The position numbers and the translations under genes were made by a program. The notes beneath the pieces were generated by a model. It saw only the letters and a list, made by a program, of their open reading frames with translations, did not search any database and was not told the origin of the DNA. From assembly GCA_029850535.1 (NCBI GenBank), contig JARCRU010000133.1:25925-89924 (forward strand): DNA of 64,000 nucleotides, read 5' to 3'. Of the stretch, positions 34,799 to 47,162 are shown piece by piece. Each line of letters starts with the position of its first letter. The stretch's first letter is position 1. The DNA comes from Actinomycetota bacterium (GTDB lineage Bacteria > Actinomycetota > Acidimicrobiia > Acidimicrobiales > RAAP-2).

Positions 34799-35022
34799 GG
34801 GCGACCGGTGTCGCGACCCGAGGCGTCGCCCATGATCGCCTCGTGTTCGCTCGCCTCAACGGCGCGTGCTTCTTCGCTGAGAAGGACGGGAATGTCGTCG
34901 CGCACCTCGTAGGCCCGGCGCGTCCTGGGGTTGTAGAGCACGTCGCGCGACGCGACGTAGCGCAGGGGGCCGTGATCGACGGGGTCCACGAGGAGGTCCA
35001 GTAGGAAGGGGTCGAGGGCCAC
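34795..35022 (-). CDS. Trm112-like (UPF0434) protein
   Basis: LLDLLVDP..GPL..YEVRDDIPVLLSEEA; directly downstream of manB. Confidence 0.85.
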   Translation of the reverse strand: MALDPFLLDLLVDPVDHGPLRYVASRDVLYNPRTRRAYEVRDDIPVLLSEEARAVEASEHEAIMGDASGRDTGRP

Positions 35023-35024
35023 CG

Positions 35025-36371
35025 CTAATTGGCCTTGATCATCTCAACGACTTCGGCCACGTGACGCGCGCAGTCCTCGTCGCTGCTGGCCTCAACGTTG
35101 AGTCGCAGTAACGGCTCGGTGTTGGACGGGCGCAGGTTGAACCACCAGTCGCCGAAATCCGCGGTGAGTCCGTCGAGCTCGTCGATCACCGCTCCCGAGG
35201 TGCGAAGGTGCTGCGTGATCGACGCGACGGTGGCGCCGGGGTTGGCGACGACGGTGTTGATCTCCCCCGAGACCGCGTAGCGATTGAAGGGGTCCACCAG
35301 TTGCGACAGGGGGCCGTCGAAGTTGCTCAGGAGTTCCAACACCAGCATCGCGGTGATGATGCCGGAGTCCGCGCGGTAGTTGTCGCGGTAGTAGTAGTGA
35401 CCCGAGTGCTCGCCCCCGAAGATGGCGTTGGTCTCGGCCATGGTCTGCTTGATGTAGCTATGTCCCACCCGGGTGCGCACGCCCACTCCCCCGTGCTCGG
35501 CGATCACCGCCGGTACCGACTTCGAGCAGATCACGTTGTAGAGGATGGTGGCGCCGGGGTTCTTGTCGAGCAGGCTCGCCGCGACCATGGCGGTCGTCGT
35601 CGAACCGCTGATGCCCTGCGCCCTCTCGTCGATCAAGAAGACGCGATCGGCGTCGCCGTCGAAGGCTAGGCCGATGTCGGCACCGCTCTCGAGGACGCGC
35701 CGCTGCAGGTCCACGATGTTGGCCGGGTTGAGCGGGTCGGCCGGGTGGTTCGGGAAGGTGCCGTCGAGTTCGGGGTACATGATCTCGACCTCGAAGGGCA
35801 GACCGGCGAAGACGAGGGGGGCCACGTAGCCCCCCATGCCGTTGGCCGTGTCCGCCACGATCTTGAGGGGCCGCAGCGCCGTCGTGTCGATGAAGGAGTG
35901 CACGTGAGCGACCCAGGCGCCCACGACGTCTCGCTCACTCATCGCCGCCAGTTCCCCCTGCGCCGGGGCGGCCAGGAACTCGTTGGTCATGCGCTCGATC
36001 TCGGCGAGCCCGGTCTCGAGCCCGATGGGCTTGGCCTCGGCCAAGCACATCTTGATCCCGTTGTACTGGGCGGGGTTGTGCGACGCGGTGAACATGGCGC
36101 CGGGCGAATTGAGATATCCCGAAGCGAAGTACAAGAGGTCCGTCGAGGCGAGGCCGATGTCCACCACTTCGACTCCGACGCGGCGCACGCCCTCGGCGAA
36201 GGCCGACACCAGGCTCGGACCCGAGGGCCGCATGTCGCGCGCCACGACGATCGAGGGACCGCCGACGAAGGTGGCGAAGGCGGAGCCGGTGGCCCGCGCG
36301 ACGTCCTCATTGAGTTGATCGGGGTACGTGCCGCGAACGTCGTAGGCCTTGAAAATCAGCGATGTGTCCAT
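35025..36371 (-). CDS. manB: Phosphomannomutase/phosphoglucomutase
   Basis: FKAYDVRG, TASHNP, FDGDADR, GGEHSGH, RPSNTEP. Confidence 0.95.
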   Translation of the reverse strand: MDTSLIFKAYDVRGTYPDQLNEDVARATGSAFATFVGGPSIVVARDMRPSGPSLVSAFAEGVRRVGVEVVDIGLASTDLLYFASGYLNSPGAMFTASHNPAQYNGIKMCLAEAKPIGLETGLAEIERMTNEFLAAPAQGELAAMSERDVVGAWVAHVHSFIDTTALRPLKIVADTANGMGGYVAPLVFAGLPFEVEIMYPELDGTFPNHPADPLNPANIVDLQRRVLESGADIGLAFDGDADRVFLIDERAQGISGSTTTAMVAASLLDKNPGATILYNVICSKSVPAVIAEHGGVGVRTRVGHSYIKQTMAETNAIFGGEHSGHYYYRDNYRADSGIITAMLVLELLSNFDGPLSQLVDPFNRYAVSGEINTVVANPGATVASITQHLRTSGAVIDELDGLTADFGDWWFNLRPSNTEPLLRLNVEASSDEDCARHVAEVVEMIKAN

Positions 36372-36382
36372 ACTCGCCAATC

Positions 36383-38740
36383 CTACTGTCGGGTCTGGCG
36401 CCGCCTCCGCAGACTCACCACGGTGACCGCGAGGCCGAGTAACACCGTGAGTTCGGTGAGGACGTTGCCCCACGCGACGGCCGCACCCGCTCCGTACTTC
36501 AAGGACACGTGGCGCGACGTCGGCACCACCACCATCAAGTTGGGGCTCACCCGATAGGGTCCCGCCGCGCCGCTGGCGAGCCAGCGTGGGTAGTAGGAGA
36601 TCTTGACCAGGATCGGCACCCCGACGCGCGACACGTCAAAGGAGATCGACTGCGTCGTCTGGGCCACGTGAGTGACGACGACCTTGGGCAGCGTCACTCG
36701 ATTGGCGACGAGGTTCGCCGCGTTCACGTGGGGCCACGTGGCGGGACCGCTGCTGGCGAGGGGGACGCCCCACGCCGTCGGGTCCAACCACCAGGTCTCG
36801 TTGGCGTCGAGCCACGCGACGCGGCTCGAGAGCCCCGACACCACCACCGGGGTGTGCGTCAACGCGGTGACGAGGGGGCTGTTCTTGATCAGGTAGACGT
36901 ACCACTTCACCCCCGGGGCGGGCCAGGCCCTGGTCGTGGCGACCAGTCGAAGGGCCGGGTCGATGTTCGCCTGGGCGACGGCCGCCGGGGAGAAGGCGAT
37001 GTAGTACTTCACGCCGAGCATCTGGAGGTGCGCGACCCCCTCGGACACGTTCAACATCCCGTAGTTGAGGCCCACCTGGGGATTGCTCGGGTTGAGGCTC
37101 AGCTCGGCCTGGTCGAGGAAATGGTACGGCGTGGTCGCCGACGACTCGAAGTAGAGGCCCTCCATGGAGTCCACGCAGTTGTTCGTCCAGTACGGCAGCA
37201 GCATGAGTGCCATGGGAGTGCCGAAGCGCGACTCACCCGCGCCGTACTCCCACATCGCGCGCCCGCAGCCGTAGGTGTCGCCGACGCGGCCCATGGTGCT
37301 CATGAGGTCGTGGTACTCGGGCCAGGCGGCTTGCCCCTGGTACCCCGCGTAGTTGAAGGCCGCCCAGTTGGTCACTTGATTACCCGTGGTGTTGAGGTGC
37401 AGCGCGCTGGCGACGCCGGGAATCAGACCGGGCACCACCGAGAGCACCCCCAGCAGTATCACCACCGACGTGGCGTTGACGAGGCGAGAACGGTGCAGGT
37501 TCTCGATCCACTCGTGGCGCCACGTGACGGGCGCCACCGTCGCGTCGTACTCGTGCGCGTCCTCGGCCCCGTCGGCGTACTGCAGCACGAGGTCGATCCG
37601 ACGCTGTCGCTCCACCCAGCGCCACGCGCCGTAGCCGACCACCCAGCCGCCGAGGAGGTGAATGCCGAGGTACCAAAAGGGGATGAGGCGCTCGTTCCAG
37701 ATGGCGTCCTGGGGGTCCACGACGAAGGCGACGAGCGACGCCACCGTGATCAAGGTCAGGACCACCCCCAGGCGATGACGCGTCACCGCCGCCACCAGCG
37801 CCCCGACGGCGGCCAGGACGATGACCCAGCGGTACCCCGAGGCTCCCCCGTTCTGCGTCCACCAGCCCAATGTGGTGAAGATGGCGTGCAAGGAATTCGT
37901 GTTCAAGTTGGTGTACCCCATCGAATTGGTGAGGTTCTGGGTGCTGGCGAAGGCAATGAGCCACCACGCCGAGAAACCGAAGGAGATCAGGCCCGCCCCC
38001 ACGGCGAAGCGGAAGGGGCGGGCGTAGTCACCGGGCACCCGTTGCTCGAGTGGGTCGCCGTGTCCGCGGCGCTGGAAGATCTCGACCACGACCAAGATCG
38101 CGATGGCGCCGAGTGCGAACATCCAGGGCAACACGTGCGCGGCCAGGGTGAGGCTCAGGGCCAGACCCGACCACCAGTAACCGCTACCAGTGCGCACGCC
38201 GCGCGCGAAGAGCCCAATGGTGATCAGACTCAGCGCCAGCGAGAACGAGAACGCGTACTCCCCAGCCATGGTGGAGAAGAGATTGCCGCCGTCGATGGTG
38301 AAACTGGCGTCGAAGAGGAACGGCAGGGTGGCCAGAGCCAGCGCCGCCGGCACCGGACGCGGCGCGCGAAAGAGGCGCGCCATCGCGTAGGCCCCGATCG
38401 GCATGAGGACCGATCCCAGGATCGTGGCCAATTTGAATGCGAGGGCGAAGTTGACGACGTAGCTGGCGAGGACGGCCAAGTAGTCGGGCAGCACGAAGTA
38501 GTAGGTGTAGGCGGGCATGCCGTCGAACCAGCCGGGGTACCAAGGGGTCAGGTGAAAGAGGTCGCCCTGGCTACGTAGGAACGCCGGCAAGACCACGTGC
38601 GCGCCCGTGTCGCCGCCGGTGATGAGCGTCGAGGAGAAGATGAGGTTGGGGTGCATCGACCAGACGGTGACCACGATGACGATCGCCACCGCGACCACGT
38701 CCATCCACCACAGCACCCCACGCTGTCGGAGCCAGCGCAT
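36383..38740 (-). CDS. Large multi-pass membrane protein, 6-pyruvoyl-tetrahydropterin-synthase-related/YfhO-like (probable GT-C fold)
   Basis: GGDTGAH in first loop, WYPGWFDGMP, many TM segments, large C-terminal extracytoplasmic domain; TGATG overlap with CPBP gene. Confidence 0.72.
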   Translation of the reverse strand: MRWLRQRGVLWWMDVVAVAIVIVVTVWSMHPNLIFSSTLITGGDTGAHVVLPAFLRSQGDLFHLTPWYPGWFDGMPAYTYYFVLPDYLAVLASYVVNFALAFKLATILGSVLMPIGAYAMARLFRAPRPVPAALALATLPFLFDASFTIDGGNLFSTMAGEYAFSFSLALSLITIGLFARGVRTGSGYWWSGLALSLTLAAHVLPWMFALGAIAILVVVEIFQRRGHGDPLEQRVPGDYARPFRFAVGAGLISFGFSAWWLIAFASTQNLTNSMGYTNLNTNSLHAIFTTLGWWTQNGGASGYRWVIVLAAVGALVAAVTRHRLGVVLTLITVASLVAFVVDPQDAIWNERLIPFWYLGIHLLGGWVVGYGAWRWVERQRRIDLVLQYADGAEDAHEYDATVAPVTWRHEWIENLHRSRLVNATSVVILLGVLSVVPGLIPGVASALHLNTTGNQVTNWAAFNYAGYQGQAAWPEYHDLMSTMGRVGDTYGCGRAMWEYGAGESRFGTPMALMLLPYWTNNCVDSMEGLYFESSATTPYHFLDQAELSLNPSNPQVGLNYGMLNVSEGVAHLQMLGVKYYIAFSPAAVAQANIDPALRLVATTRAWPAPGVKWYVYLIKNSPLVTALTHTPVVVSGLSSRVAWLDANETWWLDPTAWGVPLASSGPATWPHVNAANLVANRVTLPKVVVTHVAQTTQSISFDVSRVGVPILVKISYYPRWLASGAAGPYRVSPNLMVVVPTSRHVSLKYGAGAAVAWGNVLTELTVLLGLAVTVVSLRRRRQTRQ

Positions 38741-39483
38741 CAGTGGTGCAGTCTCTGCGAGATCAACGACGCCATCGTGAGGGCGTTGAAACCCACGTGC
38801 GTCAACACCGCCGGCAGCAGTCGTTGCGTACGCACCACCACCACGGCCAGCACCACGCCGAGGAAGAACAGCCCGGGCAGTTGCAACCACTCCGCGTGCG
38901 CCAGCGCGAAGATGAGCGCACTCACCACCACCGCCAGCACCGTGCCGGGTCGACCCCACCGCGAGGTCCACCCCGCGTCCAGGGCGCGAAAGACGACGCC
39001 GCGAAACAGCCACTCCTCCACTATCGGCGCACCCACCACGGTCATCACCGCGAGGAGTGCGAACGTGGCGCCGTGAGCCGCGCCGAAGAGGTGGTCGACG
39101 GGTTTGTTCATATTCTTAAAATGGAAGGGTAGGTAGGCCAGTCCCACCACGATTTGCAGCGCGACCCCCACGACGAGGAAGGCGGCGTCGTAGCGGCGCG
39201 GTCGCCACGCGTTCGCCAGCGCCTCGAGTCCACCCCGATGATGAGCGAGATAGATCGCGACGGCGAAACCCAGCCAAAGTCCGGCTAATCCGGCCAAATT
39301 GGCCCACCAGGGCGGCTCACTCGCCGCCGCCAGCGAAGTCATGCCACCGGGATAATGAGTGCTCGACACGAAGAGGGCGTCGAGCAGGGACGCCGCGACT
39401 TGGCCCAGCACGAATCCCACGAGGGCCATGACGATGATGGCCACCACCCGGGGCCGATTCTTAAGTTTCACGTCCGTCACCAC
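38740..39483 (-). CDS. CPBP/Abi (CAAX protease-like) intramembrane metalloprotease
   Basis: PIVEEWLFRG, FALAH, THVGFN motifs. Confidence 0.9.
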   Translation of the reverse strand: MVTDVKLKNRPRVVAIIVMALVGFVLGQVAASLLDALFVSSTHYPGGMTSLAAASEPPWWANLAGLAGLWLGFAVAIYLAHHRGGLEALANAWRPRRYDAAFLVVGVALQIVVGLAYLPFHFKNMNKPVDHLFGAAHGATFALLAVMTVVGAPIVEEWLFRGVVFRALDAGWTSRWGRPGTVLAVVVSALIFALAHAEWLQLPGLFFLGVVLAVVVVRTQRLLPAVLTHVGFNALTMASLISQRLHH

Positions 39484-39559
39484 CCCTCACGCTAACAACT
39501 CAAAGGTTTTGCACAGGCGAGCAGAAACAACCGCCGCTCACCACCTCTAGATTGGAGAA

Positions 39560-41572
<2,013 letters not shown>

Positions 41573-41587
<15 letters not shown>

Positions 41588-42922
41588 CGGCGCCGCCAAC
41601 GTCACCCCCATGGGGGACGTGGGGAGGATCGCATTGACGACGAGCACCGGTGTCGCGCTGGTGAGCACCAACGTGGCGCCCTGGAGTTTCGCGCGTCCGC
41701 CCACCACCTGACCGAGCGAGACCGCGGCACCGGCGCCGAGTGGCGTGAGTCCAGTGGAGGTGATCGCTCCGTGTCGCACCAGCGCCCACGTCATCGTCGT
41801 CGCCGCACTGGCGTCATTGCTCACTGTGGCCCGAGCGAATCCCGCCCCCGTCACGTCCGAGAGGATTGCGCGCGACACGCCGCTGCCCAGGGGGCTCAGA
41901 TTCACACCGTACGTGGTGCCGGTCGCGAGAGTGGCGTTCACCGGTTGGGTCGAACTCATCAACAGCGACGCCTCACCCGCCGAGGGAATCGCCGTATTGG
42001 GCGTGATGGAGACCATGGCGCTCGAGTACGGCGCCACCGACGTCGCTTGCGGCGCGACGCTGAACGTGCCGATTCGCACCTTGATCGTCACCACCGCCGG
42101 GGCCGGACCCGGATTGGCGATACGCACCTGGGCCACCGATCCCCGCGCGGTGGTGACCAGGGGGAAGAGGCCGCCCCTCGCCAGTTGCGCCGTGCCGTAA
42201 TTGAGCGACGAGGTCTCGCGCGAGACCTGGTCGCCCACGACGACCAGCGAGCCGCGCAGCACGCTCACCTGAGCGCCGAAGTTCTGCGTGGCGACGATCT
42301 CGCTGCCCAGGTTCAGGGTCGCCACGGCGTGGGGCCCCACGCTCACCCCCTGGAGCGGGGCCGGCGAGAGGAACCCGCCGGGCGAGAAAGTGGTGACGTT
42401 GAACACCGCCGCGGTGGCCGTGGGGTTGTAGACGCTGAGGGTGGCCAGGGATCCCACCGTCGTGTCGAAGCCCGAGCCGTACCAATTGGTCACCCCCGCA
42501 TTCACGCAGGGCGCCTGCGTGCCGTAGCGCGACACCACCTGCTCCGCGCTGACCCCCCCACCATCGATCTGGGCGGCCAACGCGTAGGTGTCACCGACCA
42601 GCAGGTGGGTGGGAGTCACCACCTGGCGGGCGTAGGGCCCCAGGGTGAAGGCGGTAGCCACCGCCGACACCGCGTTGGTGGCCACCGCGTGGACGATGAC
42701 GTGACGCGTGACGCCGGTGGTGTTGATGAAGGTGACGAAGCCGCGTAGGCCACCCTTGGCGTTGGTGAGCCCCGTGCAGTAGAGGGCGCTCGACTTCGCC
42801 GAGGGACCCGTGGCGCCGGGGTGGGGCGCGGAGTTCTCGACCGAACCCTTCGCGCTGAGAACGCCGGCCAGCGCGAGACCCGCCACGATGGCGACGACGA
42901 GAGGCAACCCCGACCTACGCAT
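41573..42922 (-). CDS. Secreted hypothetical protein (DUF5719-like)
   Basis: Signal/TM segment, two Cys, VYNP and IANPG beta-rich repeats; follows the large GT2 gene as DUF5719 genes do in actinobacteria. Confidence 0.6.
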
Positions 42923-45900
42923 CGAAGTCCTCACGAGCGCGGACCATGCGCACCGCACGCGAATGGCGCCCGGTGCGACGACGACCGGTGAAGAGCCACT
43001 CCAAACGCTGAACCCACCCGAAACCGAGCCAGATGATCGACCACATCGACAGGGTGAAGATGGCGAGCAGCCCGTTCCATGGGAACTCGTGCAGGGTCAG
43101 GGTTCCCACCACCGACTTGGGGCTCGGGGCCAGGAGATAGGACCCCGCCCAGCCGTCGAGGGGGGTGGGCGACAAGGCGTGGCCGTTCACCACGAGCGAG
43201 AAGGAGCCGGCGGGGGCGGTTCCGGATTCGACTTGTTGACCCCCCGTCAACGAACCGCTGTGGGTGATGGGCGAGAGCACCGAGACCCACGGCGAGGACT
43301 TAGTGGCCCGGGCTCGCACGATGCCCGAGAACTGCGCGTTGGCGTAGACCTGGACACTGGCGGTCGTCAGTTCCAGGGCGAGGTCGGTCTGAGCATTGAG
43401 TGAGGGAATCAGCGTGGCCGGCACCGGTCGCACCGGCGAGGAATCGACCCCCGCGAGCTGCGGCGTCGATGCGTCCATCACCACGATGGCCGAGATACCG
43501 GCGGGGGCCAAGAGTTGACCCAGATTCACCGTGCGCCCCTCGAGAGCGGTCCGGACCGCGGTGATGACCGCGGCGGTCGCCCCCGAACCCGGGGGGGTGA
43601 AGAGGGTGTTGCCACCGGGGAGTCCGTTCATCGACGTGGCCGCGGCCAGTCCCGGAGCCACCGACCAACCGGGTACCGGCAAGATGGAGGGATCGCCCAG
43701 CCACAACACACGATATTGCGTGGCCGTCGGCGGCGCGAGGGTGGAGAGCGACTCCGCCACCGACGTGGTCGGCAAATCGAAGCGGCCACTGCTCAGGGTG
43801 ACCACCCACGCCAACGGTGCGAGCACCAACGCGGTCACCGTCAACCCCGCGGTGATCTGTCGCCAACCAAAACCCGCGGAACGTACGTCGTTCTCGACCG
43901 CTCCCACGCCCACCCCCACCAAGACCGCGATCATCACGCCGTAGAGCACGAGCAGCACGTCCAGGTCGGGCGCGAAGGTTCCGAGCCAGTGGTGATCGCT
44001 CAACGTCATCAACAGCACCGTCAGCGTCGCCACCACGGCCACCTTGGAGGCGATGACCCGTCGAGGTCCACGCGACAACAACAGCGCCGCCAGGGCGATC
44101 GCGGGCCAGAACCAGCTCCACCAGTTGTTGCCCAGACTGCCGTCGACGCCGCGTAGGAGTCCCGTGAAGCTCGGCGCGCTCCAGGGCCCGCGCACGGCGC
44201 CAAACACTTCCCACGCGCGCCGTCCCGCGATCAGGGTGTCGACCGTCATGGGCAGCAAGAAGATGGCCACGTTGCCGAGGATCGAGCCCAGCAGTCGCCA
44301 GGGGGTCGAACGATTCTCGTCGGGTTCGATCAGGCGCGCCAGCGTGACGCCGACGATCACCAGGGCGACCACGACCAGGGTGGCGGGCGCCAGGGCCGAC
44401 ACCAGAGCGATCACCATGATGGCGCTCATGCGTTGTCCGGCCTCGCTGGCGCGCCACCCCCGATGCCCGAAGGGCACCGGCTCAGCGAAGGGCGTCGAGC
44501 GAAATCCCGGAACGTTCAGCAGATCGAAGAGACGGCGCACGATGAAGGGCAGGCCCGCCACGACCGCGAGCACGTCGACGCGACCCTGGCTGATCATGTT
44601 GAGTCCCGTGGGTAGCGCCAGGTACGCCACCGAGGCCACCACGCGCGCCCGATTCGAGACGCGACCCTTCAAGAGCCGGGCCACCCCGATGGCGCCGATG
44701 GGCACGGCGGCGATGAGGGCGAGGCGCGGCAGGATCCCCATGCGACCGAGCACGAAGGTTCCCGCGAAGGCGATGATCCCGTAGCCCGGCATGCCCGGTG
44801 CACCGGTACCCACTCCGTTAGGCGACCAGGACGCGAAGAAGTGCCGCCAGGTTGACCACCACGAGTCGAGCGGGGCCAAGCGGCCCACCAGCGGCAGGTG
44901 CATCGCGACCAGATTGCGCGCACCGATGGCCCACAGGAGGGCGACGATGGTCACGGCCATGGCCTGAGCCCGAAACGACGTCAAGAACCTCGAGGGTCGA
45001 ACGCTGGGCGCGATGACGCCAACGCCTTCGTCGAAGGACTCGTCCTCGGCGAAGGCCGCCGCGAAACCGACTCCGTCGGGCGTCTCGCCACTGGGACCGT
45101 CCATCTCCGCCATGGGCTCGGGCAGAATGCCGCGAGCGCTCTCGAGGCCTTCGCGGACCAGCACGAGAAAGAAACGCTGGAGGCGACTCGCCCCGGCGTC
45201 TTGGAGCCGCAACAAGTCGGCGTCCTTCAGTACCCGGTTCTCACGTCGCTGTCGGCGGCGTTCGCCCACGCGCTGGCGTTGACGTAGGAACCACGTCCAC
45301 GAGCCCACGATGGCACCCGCGCGGTCGCCGTCGCGACCCACCAAGGCCAGGGCCAGTTCCATGAAGTCCATCACCAGGATCGTGATCACCGCGAGGCGAG
45401 AACGCCACCACCCCCATCCCGTGGCGGCGACCAGGAGTTGGTGTCGCCGCTGCAGGAGTTGGCGTGACGCGTCGCGCGTGCCGCGGGCGGCGACGACGCG
45501 TTCACCCGTGACGATGGTCTCACGGTGCGCCACGCGGGCCTGCGGCGCCACGATGACCCGCGCACCGGCGACCTGAGCGCGCCAACACAGGTCCAGGTCC
45601 TCGCCCAAGACGGGGATCATCGGGTCGAAGCCGCGCAGCGATCGAAAGAGGTCGGTGCGTACGAGCGTCACGCCGCCGGGCGCGACGAAGACGTCGCGCT
45701 CGAGGTCCTGTTGCCCGTGGTCGATCTCACCGGGTTCGACGCGCTCGCGCACCACGCCGAAACGGTCGCAGATCTGACCCACGTGCAGCAAAACGAGCGG
45801 ATCCTCGTAGCTGACGACCTTGGGACTCACGACGCCGGCGTTGGCGCGAAAGGCCGCCTCCACCATGAGCCCCACGCAGTCCGGGTCCAGACGCACGTCG

Positions 45901-46178
45901 TCGTGACAGAACAAGAAGAACGCCGAACCCTCGACCATCAAGGAGGCTTCGTTGCACGCCGCGGCGAAGCCACGATTCTGGTCCAGCACCTTGACGAAGG
46001 CCAGGGGCGCTACGGTCGCGACGCGTTCAGCGACGTGTTCGTGCGACCCGTTCGCCATGACGAGCAGGCTGAGTTCCTCATAGTCCTGAGCGACGATCGA
46101 GGCCAGGGTGGCTTCGAGGCCGGGGCCCGGACCAGTGGTAACGACGACGGCCACGACGGCCGGAGCGCGGGATTCCAT
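42915..46178 (-). CDS. Large GT2 glycosyltransferase with C-terminal multi-TM/extracytoplasmic region
   Basis: NRGFAAACN, FCHDDV, GEDLDLCWRAQ, then many TM segments; start uncertain (46178). Confidence 0.85.
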   Translation of the reverse strand: MESRAPAVVAVVVTTGPGPGLEATLASIVAQDYEELSLLVMANGSHEHVAERVATVAPLAFVKVLDQNRGFAAACNEASLMVEGSAFFLFCHDDVRLDPDCVGLMVEAAFRANAGVVSPKVVSYEDPLVLLHVGQICDRFGVVRERVEPGEIDHGQQDLERDVFVAPGGVTLVRTDLFRSLRGFDPMIPVLGEDLDLCWRAQVAGARVIVAPQARVAHRETIVTGERVVAARGTRDASRQLLQRRHQLLVAATGWGWWRSRLAVITILVMDFMELALALVGRDGDRAGAIVGSWTWFLRQRQRVGERRRQRRENRVLKDADLLRLQDAGASRLQRFFLVLVREGLESARGILPEPMAEMDGPSGETPDGVGFAAAFAEDESFDEGVGVIAPSVRPSRFLTSFRAQAMAVTIVALLWAIGARNLVAMHLPLVGRLAPLDSWWSTWRHFFASWSPNGVGTGAPGMPGYGIIAFAGTFVLGRMGILPRLALIAAVPIGAIGVARLLKGRVSNRARVVASVAYLALPTGLNMISQGRVDVLAVVAGLPFIVRRLFDLLNVPGFRSTPFAEPVPFGHRGWRASEAGQRMSAIMVIALVSALAPATLVVVALVIVGVTLARLIEPDENRSTPWRLLGSILGNVAIFLLPMTVDTLIAGRRAWEVFGAVRGPWSAPSFTGLLRGVDGSLGNNWWSWFWPAIALAALLLSRGPRRVIASKVAVVATLTVLLMTLSDHHWLGTFAPDLDVLLVLYGVMIAVLVGVGVGAVENDVRSAGFGWRQITAGLTVTALVLAPLAWVVTLSSGRFDLPTTSVAESLSTLAPPTATQYRVLWLGDPSILPVPGWSVAPGLAAATSMNGLPGGNTLFTPPGSGATAAVITAVRTALEGRTVNLGQLLAPAGISAIVVMDASTPQLAGVDSSPVRPVPATLIPSLNAQTDLALELTTASVQVYANAQFSGIVRARATKSSPWVSVLSPITHSGSLTGGQQVESGTAPAGSFSLVVNGHALSPTPLDGWAGSYLLAPSPKSVVGTLTLHEFPWNGLLAIFTLSMWSIIWLGFGWVQRLEWLFTGRRRTGRHSRAVRMVRAREDFDA

Positions 46179-46270
46179 CAGAACGTCAAGGCTAGTTCGC
46201 TTCGCCTCGTCGGGCACGCCAGCGACGTGAACCGCCGCCGGCGAAGCACTCACTCACGGGCTCGACGCGC

Positions 46271-47161
46271 CTATCTCGATCGCTGCGCGGCGATCACGTC
46301 GTCCAGGGATTGCGAGAGCGAGATGGTCGGTTCCCAACCGGTGGCGTCGTGGAGCTTCTCAAAACTCCCGCGGCTGACGGGAACCTCCACCGGGCGCAGC
46401 AGGTTCGGGTCCACCAACAATTCGAGGTTCGGATTGATGCGCCGACGCAAGTCGTCGACCAGGTCGGACAATGCGATGTCGTGCCCCGAGGCCACGTTGT
46501 AGGCCTCGCCCGCACGCCCCCATTCGCCCAGCAAACGGTAGGCGCGCACGACGTCGCGCACGTCGCTGAAGTCGCGACGGGTGCTGAGGTCGCCGACCGT
46601 GATGAAGTGGCGGCCCTCGGCGGTGGCCTCGATCATGCGGTGCACCAGCGCGGGCACCACGAAGGCCGTCGATTGGCCGGGCCCGATGTGGTTGAAGGGC
46701 CGCGCGATGACCACGCCCTGGTGACGCGAACGCACCGCGTCGCGCGCCACGAGTTCTGCTTCGAGTTTGCTGGTCGAATAGGGATTGGCCGGTACGGTGG
46801 GCGAACTCTCAGTGAGGGGGAGGTCCTGCTCGCGCACGATCCCGTAGACCTCGGCGGAACTCACGAGCACCACGCGCGCCTGGGGCACCACTTCGTGGGC
46901 CACGTCGAGGATCTGCGCGGTTCCCAGCACGTTGACGCGGGTGTACTCGGCGGGACGCGACCACGACTCCGCCACGCTGGTCATGGCGGCCAAGTGGTAG
47001 ACCACGTCGGGGGTGGCGCTCGTCATGGCCGAAAGGAGCGCCGCGCGATTGGTCACGTCCACCTCACGGTCGGCGACGGTGACGTCGTCGCCCGCCTCAG
47101 CCAAGTGCCGAGCCAAGTGGCGACCGACGAAGCCCTGACCCCCTGTTATCAATGCGCGCAC
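46271..47161 (-). CDS. rmd: NDP-sugar extended SDR, most like GDP-4-keto-6-deoxy-D-mannose reductase (Rmd)
   Basis: ITGGQGFVG, YHLAA, SSAEVYG, YSTSK, RPFNHIGPGQ, RDFSDVRDVVRAY. Confidence 0.7.
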   Translation of the reverse strand: MRALITGGQGFVGRHLARHLAEAGDDVTVADREVDVTNRAALLSAMTSATPDVVYHLAAMTSVAESWSRPAEYTRVNVLGTAQILDVAHEVVPQARVVLVSSAEVYGIVREQDLPLTESSPTVPANPYSTSKLEAELVARDAVRSRHQGVVIARPFNHIGPGQSTAFVVPALVHRMIEATAEGRHFITVGDLSTRRDFSDVRDVVRAYRLLGEWGRAGEAYNVASGHDIALSDLVDDLRRRINPNLELLVDPNLLRPVEVPVSRGSFEKLHDATGWEPTISLSQSLDDVIAAQRSR

Positions 47162-47162
47162 G

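Noticed and set aside
36509-38578. 689-aa plus-strand ORF antisense to the GT-C-like gene (and similar long antisense ORFs, e.g. 11423-12937, 60538-61773)
   Set aside because: Shadow ORFs expected in high-GC DNA: Arg/Gly/His-rich with no family motifs, lying opposite well-supported genes.
38741-39013. N-terminal extension of the GT-C-like ORF into the CPBP gene
   Set aside because: Alternative frame of the CPBP gene. The TGATG overlap at 38738-38742 gives a natural start.
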